Origin: an uncultured cyanobacterium
GTDB lineage: Bacteria > Cyanobacteriota > Cyanobacteriia > PCC-9006 > JAAUQQ01
Direction of reading: 5' to 3'
Assembly (NCBI GenBank): GCA_963718615.1
Contig: OY970368.1
Location: 3,104,001-3,168,000 of the forward strand
DNA length: 64,000 bases
Numbering within the stretch: position 1 is the first letter of the stretch; each line of letters starts with the position of its first letter. A program made the translations under genes and the position numbers. Shown here piece after piece: positions 21,363 to 30,612 of the stretch. The notes beneath the pieces are model-generated. The model was not told where the DNA came from. It worked only from the letters and a program-made list of their open reading frames with translations, and did no database searches.

Positions 21363-21443
21363 TGGGCGATCGCCAAAAAAGGACGCCTTACTCCCGAAGA
21401 AGCAACAGCGCCCAGTCCTCACCTATTCTGCTATTCTGCTCAA

Positions 21444-23648
21444 TTAGCCCAGGGGATTGAGTCCTGGATCAGTGACCCAGAAAGAACCATCAATTCCTGC
21501 CAAGTCAGAGTCAGCGGTCGATGACAGGATTGCCTGTCCGCCTAAACTGTTTCCCTGAATCTCTACCTCCACCGCACGGTCATAACGACTATCGATCAGC
21601 GGTTGTGTGAGCATTACACCACCATCAAAATTCGCACGGAACTGGCCAGCCAACAGGAAGATATCATCGGTTGTACCAGTGCTTGGATCGAAATCAGAAT
21701 CGATCGCGTCATTAACGCCCACATTGGCCTGGGTAAGCTCGTATCCTGCAGGCAATCCCTCGATCGCAACCCTGTATTGCCCTGCAGCAAGGTTGCTAAA
21801 GCCATAGAAGCCCTCAGCGCCCGTCGTTTGGGTCCGAATGAGATCATCAGCAGTATTGAATTGTGCATCTGCCCCAGCCCCGCGCAGCGTGACCTGCGCG
21901 CCCGCAAAACCGCCTTCATTGACATCGTGCAGGCCATTGCCATTTTCATCGAAAAAGACACGGTTGCCGATAAAACCCGTTTTGGGATCAACCTTACCCG
22001 GTGTGGAGACCACGCCCGCATCAATATCGGCACGAAACTGACCGGCTGACAGGGTGATCGGCTCTGTCATGCCACTGTTGGGATCAACGTCTGAATCCAG
22101 GGCGTCGTTATTGCCCACATTGGCATAGGTGAGCTGAAAGCCTTCCGGCAGGCTGTCGATAGAGATTTTGTATTGTCCCGCAGCCAGATCGCTGAATCCG
22201 TAAAACCCTTTTTGCGCTGTGGTTTGGGTCTGGACAATATCGTCTTCCGTGTCAAAGAGATTATCCGTTCCAGCGCCCCGCAGAGTTACCCTTGCCCCTG
22301 CAAATCCCTCTTCATTGCCGTCATAAAGACCATTGCCATTGGCATCGAAAAAGACCCGGTTGCCGATGAAACCCGTTTTGGGATCTACGGCAGGTCCTGC
22401 CTGTTGGACAACACCGGCATCAATATCGGCTCGAAATTCTCCAACTTCCAGCGTAATTTGTTCACTGATACCGCTACTGGGGTTAAAGTCAGAATCGATC
22501 GCATCATTGCCGCCCACATTGGCTTGGGTCAGTTGAACCTCTTCCGGCAAATTATCAATCGCAATTTGATATTGACCAGCAGCCAGATCGCCAAAACCAT
22601 AGAATCCCTCAGCCCCGGTCGTTTGGCTCCGAACTAAATCGTCATTGGTGTTGAATAAACCATCAGCACCAGCGCCCCGTAGGGTTACCCGTGCTCCGGC
22701 AAAACCGCCTTCGTCCGTATCCAAAAGACCGTTGGCATTGGCATCCAGAAAAACCCGGTTGCCGATGAAACCGGTCTTAGGATCAATCTTTTCCGGAGTG
22801 GTCACAACGCCTGCATCGATATCTGCGCGAAACTGGCCCGCCGAGAGTGTGATCACATCTGTCAAGCCACTGTTCGGATCAACATCCGAATCAAAGGCAT
22901 CGTTGTTGCCCACATTAGCTTGGGTTAGTTGGAAGCCTTCGGGTAAGTTGTCAAGGGAAATGGTATATTGCCCCGCCGCCAGATTGTCAAACCCATAAAA
23001 GCCCTGCTGACCTGTGGTTTGGGTCCGAATGACATCATCCGCCGTTTCAAACAGACCATCGGCACCCGCACCCCGCAGGGTTACCTGTGCGCCTCCAAAG
23101 CCTTCTTCGTTCTCATCAAAAAGACCATTGCCGTTTTTATCCAAAAAGACTCGGTTGCCGATGAAACCAGTCTTAGGATCGACTAGTGGACCTGTCTGTT
23201 GGACGACACCCGCATCAATATCAACCCGGACTTGATTATCCGCTAAGTTGATAATCTCTGTCTCACCTGTGAGCGGATCAATGTCAGAATCAATCGTGTT
23301 GTTATTGCCCACCTTTGCATGGGTTAGCTGAAACCCTTCGGGCAGATTATGGATAGAGATTTTGTATTGTCCACCCGCGAGATCGCCGAAACCATAAAAG
23401 CCTTGGGAGTTTGTATTTTGGGTTCGAAGAATATCATCATCAGTATTGAAGATTCCGTCTGCTCCAGCGCTCTGTAGCGTGACTTGGGCTCCAGCAAAGC
23501 CGCTTTCATTGGCTTCGTGCAGGCCATTGCCATTTTCGTCGAAGAAGACACGGTTGCCAATAAAACCGAGGGGAAGAAGAGTCAGTTCTGAGCTTTGATT
23601 GCTTTCAATATTCTGAAAGAGAGAAGAGCTGGTCGTGAATGAAGTCAT
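21444..23648 (-). CDS. SdrD B-like (Cna-B) repeat surface protein, 5 domains
   Basis: Five ~134-aa repeats GFIGNRVFxDxNGNGL...T..T...GFYGF.DLAAGQY...N.G.ND..DSD...DIDAGV. Confidence 0.9.
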   Translation of the reverse strand: MTSFTTSSSLFQNIESNQSSELTLLPLGFIGNRVFFDENGNGLHEANESGFAGAQVTLQSAGADGIFNTDDDILRTQNTNSQGFYGFGDLAGGQYKISIHNLPEGFQLTHAKVGNNNTIDSDIDPLTGETEIINLADNQVRVDIDAGVVQQTGPLVDPKTGFIGNRVFLDKNGNGLFDENEEGFGGAQVTLRGAGADGLFETADDVIRTQTTGQQGFYGFDNLAAGQYTISLDNLPEGFQLTQANVGNNDAFDSDVDPNSGLTDVITLSAGQFRADIDAGVVTTPEKIDPKTGFIGNRVFLDANANGLLDTDEGGFAGARVTLRGAGADGLFNTNDDLVRSQTTGAEGFYGFGDLAAGQYQIAIDNLPEEVQLTQANVGGNDAIDSDFNPSSGISEQITLEVGEFRADIDAGVVQQAGPAVDPKTGFIGNRVFFDANGNGLYDGNEEGFAGARVTLRGAGTDNLFDTEDDIVQTQTTAQKGFYGFSDLAAGQYKISIDSLPEGFQLTYANVGNNDALDSDVDPNSGMTEPITLSAGQFRADIDAGVVSTPGKVDPKTGFIGNRVFFDENGNGLHDVNEGGFAGAQVTLRGAGADAQFNTADDLIRTQTTGAEGFYGFSNLAAGQYRVAIEGLPAGYELTQANVGVNDAIDSDFDPSTGTTDDIFLLAGQFRANFDGGVMLTQPLIDSRYDRAVEVEIQGNSLGGQAILSSTADSDLAGIDGSFWVTDPGLNPLG

Positions 23649-23878
23649 AGAACGTTGTTAACCTACAAAGTGAGTAGGTAAATGACCCGATTCAAAAAAG
23701 ATGCGATGGCTTTACTTTAGGTGATGATGCGGGATCTGTGCAAGTGTTATCACTGATAAATAACTCATTTATCGGCAACTTTATTTACTTGCAAAACGCT
23801 TTTTACACAGTACATGAAAACAGCGATCTGAATCGGGTTAACTCTCGCTAAAAATTTAGACTGGGGATGAGAAGTCTG

Positions 23879-24811
23879 CTACAACCGATATTGCCGAAAC
23901 ACATCGCTGGCGGCCCGATGGAGGAGCGAATGGCGAAAGACCAAGGCATTTAGATCATCGCAATAGCCCCCACCGATCACACAGGCTACCGGATAGCCTG
24001 CACTGACGCATGTGCTCAAAACCTGCATATCGCGACGGAATAGACCTTGATCCGTGAGGGCCAGTTTGCCGAGGCGATCGCCCACATGGGGATCCACCCC
24101 CGCATTGTAAAACACAATATCCGGCTTTACTTGGCTCAATAGATCGGGCAGATGCTGCGCCAACGCCTGGAGATACTCATCATCCTCAGTCCCTTCTCCG
24201 AGGGGCAGATCCAGATCGCTTTGCTGTTTGCGCAGGGGAAAGTTAATGCCGCAGTGGATCGAAAAGGTAAACACCCGAGGATCATTGCGAAAAATCCAGG
24301 CAGTGCCGTCCCCTTGGTGAACATCCAGATCGACGATGAGGATTTGCTGGGCTTGGTTGTTTTGGAGGAGCGATCGCGCCGCCACCGCAAAATCATTAAA
24401 AATGCAAAACCCCGAACCATAGTCCGGAAACGCATGGTGGGTGCCCCCCGCCGTATTGCAAGCCAAACCTCGCTCTAGGGCCAGTTGTGCCGTCAAAATG
24501 GTTCCCGCCACCGCTCGACAGGTGCGCCGCACCAAGACTGGCGACCAGGGCAAGCCAATGCGACGCTGGGCGCGAGGGTCAAGGGTTCCAGTTTGATAGG
24601 CCCGAATATACTCCGGACTATGAACCAGTTGTAGGAGCGTATCGCTGGGAAAATCCGGTGCGTGAAACTGATGGGGGTGAACCACCCGATCTCGCAGTAG
24701 CAACTCTCGCAGTAGCGAGAATTTACTCATGGGAAAACGGTGGTGCTCCGGCAGCGGCGCAACATATTCAGGATGGTAGACCAGGGGCAAGTCGGCGATC
24801 GCAGACACCAT
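23879..24811 (-). CDS. Histone deacetylase family (Zn-dependent deacylase) protein
   Basis: HRFPMSKF, GGTHHA...GSGFCIFND, DLDVHQGDGT, GVDPH..D.LG, GGGY. Confidence 0.93.
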   Translation of the reverse strand: MVSAIADLPLVYHPEYVAPLPEHHRFPMSKFSLLRELLLRDRVVHPHQFHAPDFPSDTLLQLVHSPEYIRAYQTGTLDPRAQRRIGLPWSPVLVRRTCRAVAGTILTAQLALERGLACNTAGGTHHAFPDYGSGFCIFNDFAVAARSLLQNNQAQQILIVDLDVHQGDGTAWIFRNDPRVFTFSIHCGINFPLRKQQSDLDLPLGEGTEDDEYLQALAQHLPDLLSQVKPDIVFYNAGVDPHVGDRLGKLALTDQGLFRRDMQVLSTCVSAGYPVACVIGGGYCDDLNALVFRHSLLHRAASDVFRQYRL

Positions 24812-24898
24812 CGAAAGCACAAAGAATCGAAACGGCAGGTTCTCTGTCCCAGGCTACAGTGAAAGTCCTGAGGGCAACACCCCAAGCACAGGAACCGC

Positions 24899-26698
24899 TC
24901 AAGATCCGCCAGGACCGCGCAGGGCTGAATACACAGGAGACGAGGCTGAGGCCAAGGCCGAAAACATCGGGAAATGGGCGATCGCCCCCATCGGCAGACC
25001 CACCAAACAAAACAGATAGACCAAGCCCAAAACCAGCCGTGTCCGGCCCGAAGCTTGGGCTTCTCGCTGTCGCTCCCAGACATCCTTGGCGATCGCATAC
25101 CGCTGTTCAAAGGACCGCTTTCCATAGCCAGAGTCCCGCAAGGTCTGAAAAATGGCTTGAAGATAAGGCCGATCGAGACCCTCTAGGGGACGATTGGCCC
25201 CTTGGCTTTTCCAGGTTTCTGGCAGAGAAGCTCCCTCGGAAGTCTTCAGGGAATTTTTCAGGGAACTTTGCAATTTAGCGCTGCGGAAACTGTGGGGAAT
25301 ACTGAGACCCACACCGACGGCAAGGAGCAAAAGCAACGGGCTAAACCAGGATAGGGCAGATAATGCGGCGATCGCCCCCAGCTTAAACCCCACATCGGCC
25401 CAAGGATAGCGGGAAAACAGCAGCAGGTACGCAATCTTGCCACCATCCAGCGGATAGATCGGCAGCAAATTAAACAGGTTGAAGCCAACCAAAATGATGC
25501 TGCCTTCCCAGAGCCAAGGGGATTGCGGACTGGATTGCAGACTCCCCAAGGTTTGCCAGAGGAGCCCGCCCAGACCGAGAGCCAGCCCTGGCAGGGGACC
25601 CGACAGTAGAACGATAATTTTTTCACTCAAAGAGGCATGGGCTTTATGACCCGTGGCAACACCTCCCAAAAACGGTAGAAAAAAGATCGCAGTTTCCCGA
25701 TAGCCCAGGAGCCCCATGGCGAGAAAATGGCCCAGCTCATGGAGGGCGATCGCCCCCACCAGCATCAACAGTCCCCAGCCATCCCCAAAGGCCCGCAGCG
25801 ACAACCCCAACAACGCCAAACTTACCCCAAAGGCCCAGGAGGAGCCCGCCGAACGACGCACCGCCCCTGCCTCCATCTGGCCCATGCGTTCAAAATTCTC
25901 AACCTCTAGCTCAATCGGGATCTCGATCTGGCCATCGGGTTCCTGTTGAGCGCGAGCGACATAGGCTTTGAGCAGTTGCACCGTCTGGCGATGGCCCCGT
26001 GCAATCCGCCAAGTAACCGCCATTGCCGTGGGGAGACTGAGCTTATGAAGCGCCTGCTGGGGAGCCGCAATAATCTGTCCTTGGTCCCACAGGTGTTTGA
26101 GATAGCGATCGTAATGATCATTCAGGACATCCACATAGAGGGGTTTGGGAATTTTAACCGGGAGCTGGGACCAGGACTCTAGGCGCTGTTGATGGCCTCG
26201 CCATTGAGCCGCCAGATCAGCCGTATAAAAGTCCTGAACCTGGGTTTGGGGCAAGGTACCAATCAGCGAATGGGCTGCGCCATTGAGGGTTAAAAGTAGC
26301 GTTCGGTCTTGAAAAAAAGAATAAAACGCAACGTGATACCAGAGCGCAGGTTCAATGGGATGCCGCAAACTGATATGGGCATAGGTTTGCCATTGGGGAT
26401 GAAACAACAGCAGTTCCCACTCCTTCCTCGGTCCCCCATGAATCAAGGGCTGCACCGCCAAGGCCCCCATGGGTTCAAAGCCTTGGGCTTGTAGATGCTG
26501 AAGCGGCACTTGAAACAGAGGCACCAGGGCCGCCGGAACCCCCTGAACATCATTGGGATCTGCATCATTAGCCCGTCGCAACTCATATTGAATGGGCTGG
26601 ATACCGAGACGAATTAAACGCTGAAAAATAATTAAATAAAACGTAGATGAAATAAAAATAAACAATAAAATCGCTACAAACAAAAGCCACATTGTCAT
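24899..26698 (-). CDS. Site-2 protease (M50) family membrane protein with long N-terminal domain
   Basis: HELGH zinc motif, LSGPLPG, FNLLPIYPLDGG; several TM segments. Confidence 0.88.
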   Translation of the reverse strand: MTMWLLFVAILLFIFISSTFYLIIFQRLIRLGIQPIQYELRRANDADPNDVQGVPAALVPLFQVPLQHLQAQGFEPMGALAVQPLIHGGPRKEWELLLFHPQWQTYAHISLRHPIEPALWYHVAFYSFFQDRTLLLTLNGAAHSLIGTLPQTQVQDFYTADLAAQWRGHQQRLESWSQLPVKIPKPLYVDVLNDHYDRYLKHLWDQGQIIAAPQQALHKLSLPTAMAVTWRIARGHRQTVQLLKAYVARAQQEPDGQIEIPIELEVENFERMGQMEAGAVRRSAGSSWAFGVSLALLGLSLRAFGDGWGLLMLVGAIALHELGHFLAMGLLGYRETAIFFLPFLGGVATGHKAHASLSEKIIVLLSGPLPGLALGLGGLLWQTLGSLQSSPQSPWLWEGSIILVGFNLFNLLPIYPLDGGKIAYLLLFSRYPWADVGFKLGAIAALSALSWFSPLLLLLAVGVGLSIPHSFRSAKLQSSLKNSLKTSEGASLPETWKSQGANRPLEGLDRPYLQAIFQTLRDSGYGKRSFEQRYAIAKDVWERQREAQASGRTRLVLGLVYLFCLVGLPMGAIAHFPMFSALASASSPVYSALRGPGGS

Positions 26699-26966
26699 TA
26701 ATTCTTTAGGTAGAGAACGAGCGACCTGCTATCTCTACTTTGCCCTATTTCTTTTGATTCAAAATCCTTCAAATGTCGGAATGTAGGTATTTTAATTGTG
26801 TAGACTTCAATAAAATTTTTGTATTCAATAAATTTAGTTCAACCTGAGGTCTGGATTTTTTTCCTAGCGAATAAGATATGATACGAACCGTTTACAGCTC
26901 AGTCCACCGTTCAGTCCACCGTTCACGCTCCGTTTTTCTCCCCGAGAGGACCTTCAAACGCCCCCT

Positions 26967-28163
26967 ATGACCGTGCATCTTTTCCATTCGCTCTTGCCTG
27001 TCCCCGCTGGCATCCCCCAGGTTGCGGCGCTAGCCTTAGACGCTACTCCGGTAGAGTTTTCGCTAATTATCCCAACCTACAATGAGCGAGAAAATCTGCC
27101 CCAACTCCTAGCGGAGCTAGTGGCGCTGCTGGAGTCTGTGGTTCCGGGGGATTATGAAATCATTGTGGTGGACGACAATAGCCCCGATCGCACCTGGGAA
27201 CTTGCTCTGGACTTGATGAGCCAATATCCTCAGCTCTGGGTCATGCGACGACAGCGAGAACAGGGACTTGCCAGTGCGGTAGTCCGGGGCTGGCAAGTCT
27301 CACGGGGGAAGATTCTCGGCGTCATTGATGCGGATTTACAGCATCCTCCCCAAACCCTCTTGCCTCTGCTTCAGCAGATCCAAGGGGGGGCCGATTTGGC
27401 GATCGCCAGCCGTCACATCGAAGGGGGGGGCGTGAGCAACTGGAGTTTTAGTCGCCGATTTCTCTCGCGGGGGGCACAAATTCTGGGGCTGATCCTTTTA
27501 CCGGGGGTCGTGGGTCGTGTGTCGGATCCCATGAGTGGTTTCTTTTTGGTGCGCAGAGGGGCGATCGCCCATTCTCCGCTCTATCCCCACAGCTACAAAA
27601 TTTTGCTAGAGGTTCTCGCCCGAGGTCAGGCTGGTGCCATTGCGGAGGTGGGATATATCTTTCGATCGCGCCACCAGGGCCAGAGCAAAGTCAGTCTACG
27701 TCAATACAGTGATTATCTTCTCCATCTTTTGCGGCTGCGGCTGAGCCTCTTTCCAGGGCAGCGATTTTTGCGCTTTGGCTTGGTTGGGCTGAGCGGTGTC
27801 TGTGTGGATATGGCGCTTTTCTATGGCCTCAGCAGTACCGCTGGATTAGGCTGGGGGCTGAGCCTTAGCAAGATTTTGGCCGCAGAAGCCGCCATGGTTA
27901 ACAATTTTATTTGGAACGATGCTTGGACGTTTCGAGACTTGAGTAGCCATCAACGGGGCTGGCGGAAACGAGGCCAACGGTTTTTGAAGTTTAACTTGGT
28001 CTGTGGTCTGGGCTTGGTCTTGAATGTGTTGATTTTGAATTTACTGGTTCATACGATTTTGCCCCACAAGTATCTGGCGAATTTGGTGGCGATCGCCCTC
28101 ACCACGGTCTGGAATTTCTGGATTAATTTCAAACTCAGTTGGCGAGTGACGGATACCCATTAG
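26967..28163 (+). CDS. GT2 polyprenol-phosphate glycosyltransferase fused to a GtrA-like domain
   Basis: IIPTYNERENL, VVDDNSPD, DADLQH, DPMSGFF; C-terminal RFGLVG...NNFIWNDAWTF...WNFWIN. Confidence 0.92.
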   Translation: MTVHLFHSLLPVPAGIPQVAALALDATPVEFSLIIPTYNERENLPQLLAELVALLESVVPGDYEIIVVDDNSPDRTWELALDLMSQYPQLWVMRRQREQGLASAVVRGWQVSRGKILGVIDADLQHPPQTLLPLLQQIQGGADLAIASRHIEGGGVSNWSFSRRFLSRGAQILGLILLPGVVGRVSDPMSGFFLVRRGAIAHSPLYPHSYKILLEVLARGQAGAIAEVGYIFRSRHQGQSKVSLRQYSDYLLHLLRLRLSLFPGQRFLRFGLVGLSGVCVDMALFYGLSSTAGLGWGLSLSKILAAEAAMVNNFIWNDAWTFRDLSSHQRGWRKRGQRFLKFNLVCGLGLVLNVLILNLLVHTILPHKYLANLVAIALTTVWNFWINFKLSWRVTDTH

Positions 28164-28183
28164 ACTTCTTGGCTGATCAATGC

Positions 28184-28255
28184 CTAGGTCCTTAACCCGA
28201 AGCTGTCAGCCTGGGTTGGGTTGAGGCGTTTACGAGGTTTGGGAGAATGGTTCAC
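28184..28255 (-). pseudogene. Possible 5' remnant of an integron integrase gene
   Basis: Divergent from the attI-like site; reads MNHSPKPRKRLNP, three single-base changes from the P-R-K-L-L-D-Q start typical of IntI; stops after 23 aa. Confidence 0.35.
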
Positions 28256-28345
28256 GGAAATTACGGAGCGTTCTGCCGAATTGCCAGTATGGGTGTATTA
28301 GGCAGAATTCTGGCAACGCACGCACAGGAGCAATTAAGGTCCGTT

Positions 28346-28563
28346 TTGCCTAAGGCTCTACTGGGGGATCTGATGTGCGGTTTGAATCGGCCTAACGCTA
28401 TAATCTGGGGAGTTAAGCTGACGGATTTCGGTATAACACTCTATATTCGAGGTGTTAAGCGGAATTGAATCGGCATAACATCCGGATTTGGGTGGATAGG
28501 CGAAACACAATTCGGTATAACACCCCTAAAGGGGTGAATAGGCTAACTCAGTTCAGCCTAAAC
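28346..28563 (+). repeat. ~42-bp phased degenerate direct-repeat array upstream of the attI-like site
   Basis: CGGCCTAAC 28388, CGGTATAAC 28429, CGGCATAAC 28471, CGGTATAAC 28513, CAGCCTAAAC 28554; weaker TTGCCTAAG 28346. Confidence 0.75.
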
Positions 28564-28574
28564 AATAGTTATCT
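28554..28574 (+). mobile_element. attI-like integron recombination site (crossover G/TTATCT at 28568)
   Basis: cagcctaaacaataGTTATCT resembles attI1 GCCCTAAAACAAAG/TT; GTTATCT is the exact reverse complement of AGATAAC at the end of cassette 1. Confidence 0.65.
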
Positions 28575-28600
28575 AGTAAATCTCTTGTTGATATACACTT

Positions 28601-29716
28601 ATGTCACATTCATTTCGCGATATCCAGGGCATCATTGATGATCTCAATCGGTCGCGCTCAGTGTACAAGAGCTTCACGGATCAGATTCTGTCATCGACAT
28701 CAGGCATTAACGCGATTCAAGAGTCTCTAGCCGCCCAAAGAGCACTTGACCGTAGCCTTCTCGCATCAGCGACATCAGCTCTCGCCACAGTAAATCTCCC
28801 CGATTACACAAGTAACATTCGCGATCTAGTTTCCGCTAACAAGACACTGACCGACATTGTCTCACAGGCGTCAATTGCCGACTCAGCGATGTCTAAGATT
28901 TTTGCTGAGCACAACGTACTGCGAAAATCATTGGCTTCAATCGCCTCTCTTCGTTCGACAACCGAGCCTTTGGCATCATTTGATACCAGTCGCTTACTCT
29001 ACACTTCGCTCAGCAGTCAGGTTCGGCTTCTTGACTTGGAGACGCATTCTTTCGGGAACTTAATTGGCGCAACAAATTTATTTACCAATGACCTCGCGGC
29101 GACATTCAGTAAACTTACCAGTTCGTATCGCGATGTGATCGAGTCTATCCCAAAGATTTCCAAGCAGTTAGTTCCGTTTGTTGCAACGTATGCACCGATT
29201 GAATACGCCCTTGAACTTGATGTCATTGAAGGTATTACAGTTGAAGACGACGAAGCTCAAGACCTCGAACCGCTACCGTCAGTTGACGACGAACTGGCAT
29301 CATTTGATGAACGTCTTCTCGCTCTTCTGAAAGGTGCAAGACAGTCGTTGGATTCAGATAACCCAGAAAAGGCTCGTCACGTTACAACGTCGGTTCGTGA
29401 GTTTTTTACTCATATTCTTCACGAACTCGCCCCCGACCACGAAATAAACCAATGGACAACTGACGCCTCTTATTATCACAACGGTCGCCCGACACGTCGT
29501 ACACGCTTGCTCTTCATCTGCCGAACTTTCTCGTGCGATCCCCTTACAAAGTTCATCGAACATGATGTTCAGGCTGCGCTCACTCTGGTAGATTCGCTCA
29601 ATGCTGGTACACACGCGATCGAGTCCAAGCTCACGCAACCTCAACTTCAGGCAATCGTATATCGCATGGAATCTCTAGCGTTATTCCTGCTCAAAGTATC
29701 ACGAGGTGGTGGTTAA
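28601..29716 (+). CDS. Integron cassette ORF 1: helical N-terminus plus C-terminal HEPN-like predicted nuclease (resembles pPIWI-associating nuclease domain)
   Basis: GARQSL..DNPEKARH...SVRE....ILHELAPD...GRPTRRTRL...LNAGTH motif set; no HIP1 sites. Confidence 0.6.
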   Translation: MSHSFRDIQGIIDDLNRSRSVYKSFTDQILSSTSGINAIQESLAAQRALDRSLLASATSALATVNLPDYTSNIRDLVSANKTLTDIVSQASIADSAMSKIFAEHNVLRKSLASIASLRSTTEPLASFDTSRLLYTSLSSQVRLLDLETHSFGNLIGATNLFTNDLAATFSKLTSSYRDVIESIPKISKQLVPFVATYAPIEYALELDVIEGITVEDDEAQDLEPLPSVDDELASFDERLLALLKGARQSLDSDNPEKARHVTTSVREFFTHILHELAPDHEINQWTTDASYYHNGRPTRRTRLLFICRTFSCDPLTKFIEHDVQAALTLVDSLNAGTHAIESKLTQPQLQAIVYRMESLALFLLKVSRGGG

Positions 29717-29726
29717 TGGGTTGGTC

Positions 29727-29818
29727 AGATAACAAACGCCCATGCACACCGACCGCCGAGAGTTGATCGGTTATGATTCAGAGGTTGTCTGCGGCGGGTG
29801 ATGGGCACCGTTTTAGGC
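29727..29818 (+). mobile_element. attC-like site
   Basis: R'' AGATAAC (29727), L'' GCCCATgCAC pairing with L' GTGATGGGC with one extra G, R' GTT(TT)AGGC (29810); lies 10 nt after the cassette 1 stop. Confidence 0.7.
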
Positions 29819-29828
29819 GTTCACGCGT

Positions 29829-30164
29829 ATGAAACCACAATACCATCGTCATAGTTGTCCGAACTGCGGCCATCGGGTTAGTTGGTCGCGCCTGCATCTG
29901 CGCGCATGGATTTGGGCTCGGTGGCGATGCGAGTCTTGTAGCAGTGAGTTACGTTTCGATTCTGGTAGGCGTTGGTTATACGCAGGCTTGTCTGCTCTGT
30001 GGTTTATTTTTCTTGTCGCATTAGTCAGGCAGTATGTGGATTTATGGGTGTGTGGCGTTCTTGTTTTTGTCGGTGTCATTGCGATATCCCGATTGGAGCG
30101 CATTCGACTTGTTCGGGAGTCCCACCACACAGCAGATTTGTATGCACGACCAAAGGACACCTAA
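29829..30164 (+). CDS. Integron cassette ORF 2: Zn-ribbon (CxxC...CxxC) two-TM membrane protein
   Basis: CPNCG...RCESC followed by two hydrophobic helices; stop codon lies inside an R''-type ACCTAAC. Confidence 0.65.
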   Translation: MKPQYHRHSCPNCGHRVSWSRLHLRAWIWARWRCESCSSELRFDSGRRWLYAGLSALWFIFLVALVRQYVDLWVCGVLVFVGVIAISRLERIRLVRESHHTADLYARPKDT

Positions 30165-30174
30165 CCAGAGCGCT

Positions 30175-30453
30175 TCTGCAATTCTCTCGGCAACTTCATC
30201 ATTCGATTCTTTCACCTCAAATGCTCGATGCGCCTGCTTGAGAAATTCATTCTTCCAGCGGCACAGCACTGACATATGGACTTTGTGGGCTCGTCTTGCT
30301 TCTGTTGGCAAACGCTGACCACTCAGCAGTTCCAGCACCACTTTTGCCTTGAACTCGCTGCTATAATTTCTTTGCTTTTTGTCATGACCTCTTTCCCTCC
30401 TGGACTTCAGCTTACTCTCTCTACCCTCTGTCCAGTTTGAGGGGGTCACTTCA
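30175..30453 (-). mobile_element. IS3-family remnant (left inverted repeat plus frameshifted, truncated orfA)
   Basis: Minus strand starts TGAAGTGACCCCCTCAAACTGGACA; orfA-like RNYSSEFKAKVVLELL...LCRWK...ERIAE; ATG at 30385 is out of frame; no orfB. Confidence 0.8.
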
Positions 30454-30612
30454 AAATGACTATCTTTGCATGATTCTCCACAGTGCCATGGCAAACCCAG
30501 AGGTTGCTCACACAGCTCATCTATGAAATCCGATTATTCTCTCGATTACAGTCATGCGCGATCCCTGCAAAAAGATGAGCCTAGCGCATGACTTTAGCCT
30601 GAGCATCTGCTT

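Noticed and set aside
24487-25278. 263-aa plus-strand ORF
   Set aside because: Antisense to the deacetylase and site-2 protease genes, with no recognisable motifs
28247-28468. 73-aa plus-strand ORF
   Set aside because: Runs across the putative integron regulatory and repeat region; no protein features
28346-28574. 42-bp array as a mini CRISPR
   Set aside because: Conserved part is only ~10 nt and degenerate, the intervening sequences share motifs, and there are no cas genes
30042-30494. 150-aa ORF as an intact transposase
   Set aside because: Chimeric frame: starts outside the IS end, the true ATG is out of frame, and the tail is antisense to cassette 2
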